From an uncultured delta proteobacterium (GTDB taxonomy: Bacteria; Desulfobacterota; Binatia; UBA9968), in the NCBI GenBank assembly GCA_963745035.1, contig CAVUVW010000016.1, forward strand, positions 176,085 through 240,084: a stretch of 64,000 nucleotides of DNA, read 5' to 3'. The notes beneath the pieces are model-generated. The model ran no database searches, was not told the origin of the DNA, and was given only the letters and a program-made list of their open reading frames with translations. The position numbers and the translations under genes were made by a program. Positions within the stretch are counted from its first letter, which is position 1. Each line of letters opens with the position of its first letter. Below, piece after piece: positions 63,851 to 64,000 of the stretch.

Positions 63851-64000
63851 ATGCTTAGAATCCCGCTGGCAGTGATTCTGCTTCTTTCTACCGCGACGGC
63901 CGAGTCGTTTGGCGCCGAAGCCTTAAAAAAGATCCGCATCGCGTCGAAAGCCGCTGGCGAGTCGCTCGTCCCATACTTGGTTTCCCAACGATTGGGTTTT
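63851..64000 (+). CDS. probable NMT1-like substrate-binding protein #3, N-terminus only (truncated by the window)
   Basis: AAAGGAGGAGG RBS. MLRIPLAVILLLSTATAESFGAEALKKIRIASK...PYLVSQRLGF: signal peptide plus a start like the other two binding proteins. Confidence 0.6.
   Translation, partial: MLRIPLAVILLLSTATAESFGAEALKKIRIASKAAGESLVPYLVSQRLGF

Noticed and set aside
34417-64000. Programmed ribosomal frameshifting or phase variation as the cause of split ORFs
   Set aside because: The breaks are numerous, mostly not at slippery or homopolymer sites, and also hit ordinary enzymes such as proC. Sequencing error is more parsimonious.

Overview
GC-rich bacterial window. The gene content (orphan NMT1-type binding proteins, multiple UbiD and Mo-hydroxylase paralogues) is typical of soil Candidatus Binatia/deltaproteobacteria; this is an inference. 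There are three blocks. (1) 1-21.8 kb, core and envelope genes: alpha/beta hydrolase, JAB/M67 peptidase, a phthaloyl-CoA-decarboxylase-like UbiD, a fused MFS/spermidine synthase-TPR protein, proC, tamA-tamB facing a ydbH-like and a ynbE/ydbL-like gene, mscL, an OmpA-family protein and a class II glycerate kinase. (2) 22.5-43.8 kb, the most interesting part: a tightly packed, co-directional 7-gene operon of very large proteins without recognisable signal peptides. It reads [M64-type HEXXH metalloprotease -> DUF6603-like protein A] [phospholipase D with a membrane insert -> DUF6603-like protein B] -> three conserved uncharacterised proteins. The two DUF6603-like genes have strongly diverged but homologous N-halves and a near-identical ~2 kb C-half, suggesting a modular enzyme/adaptor/core system of unknown function. 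(3) 44.1-64 kb, a GntR-headed catabolic cluster: three more UbiD-family genes, two xanthine-dehydrogenase-family molybdoenzymes, an M29/NicX-like protein, an LLM oxidoreductase, a hydrolase, OsmC, an MBL-fold protein and three NMT1-like binding proteins, interspersed with REP-like palindromes. Many genes at 1.5-7.5 kb and 23-64 kb carry single-base indels that look like long-read consensus errors, so genes were reconstructed across frames and some ends are approximate. Family names come from motif recognition, not database searches.
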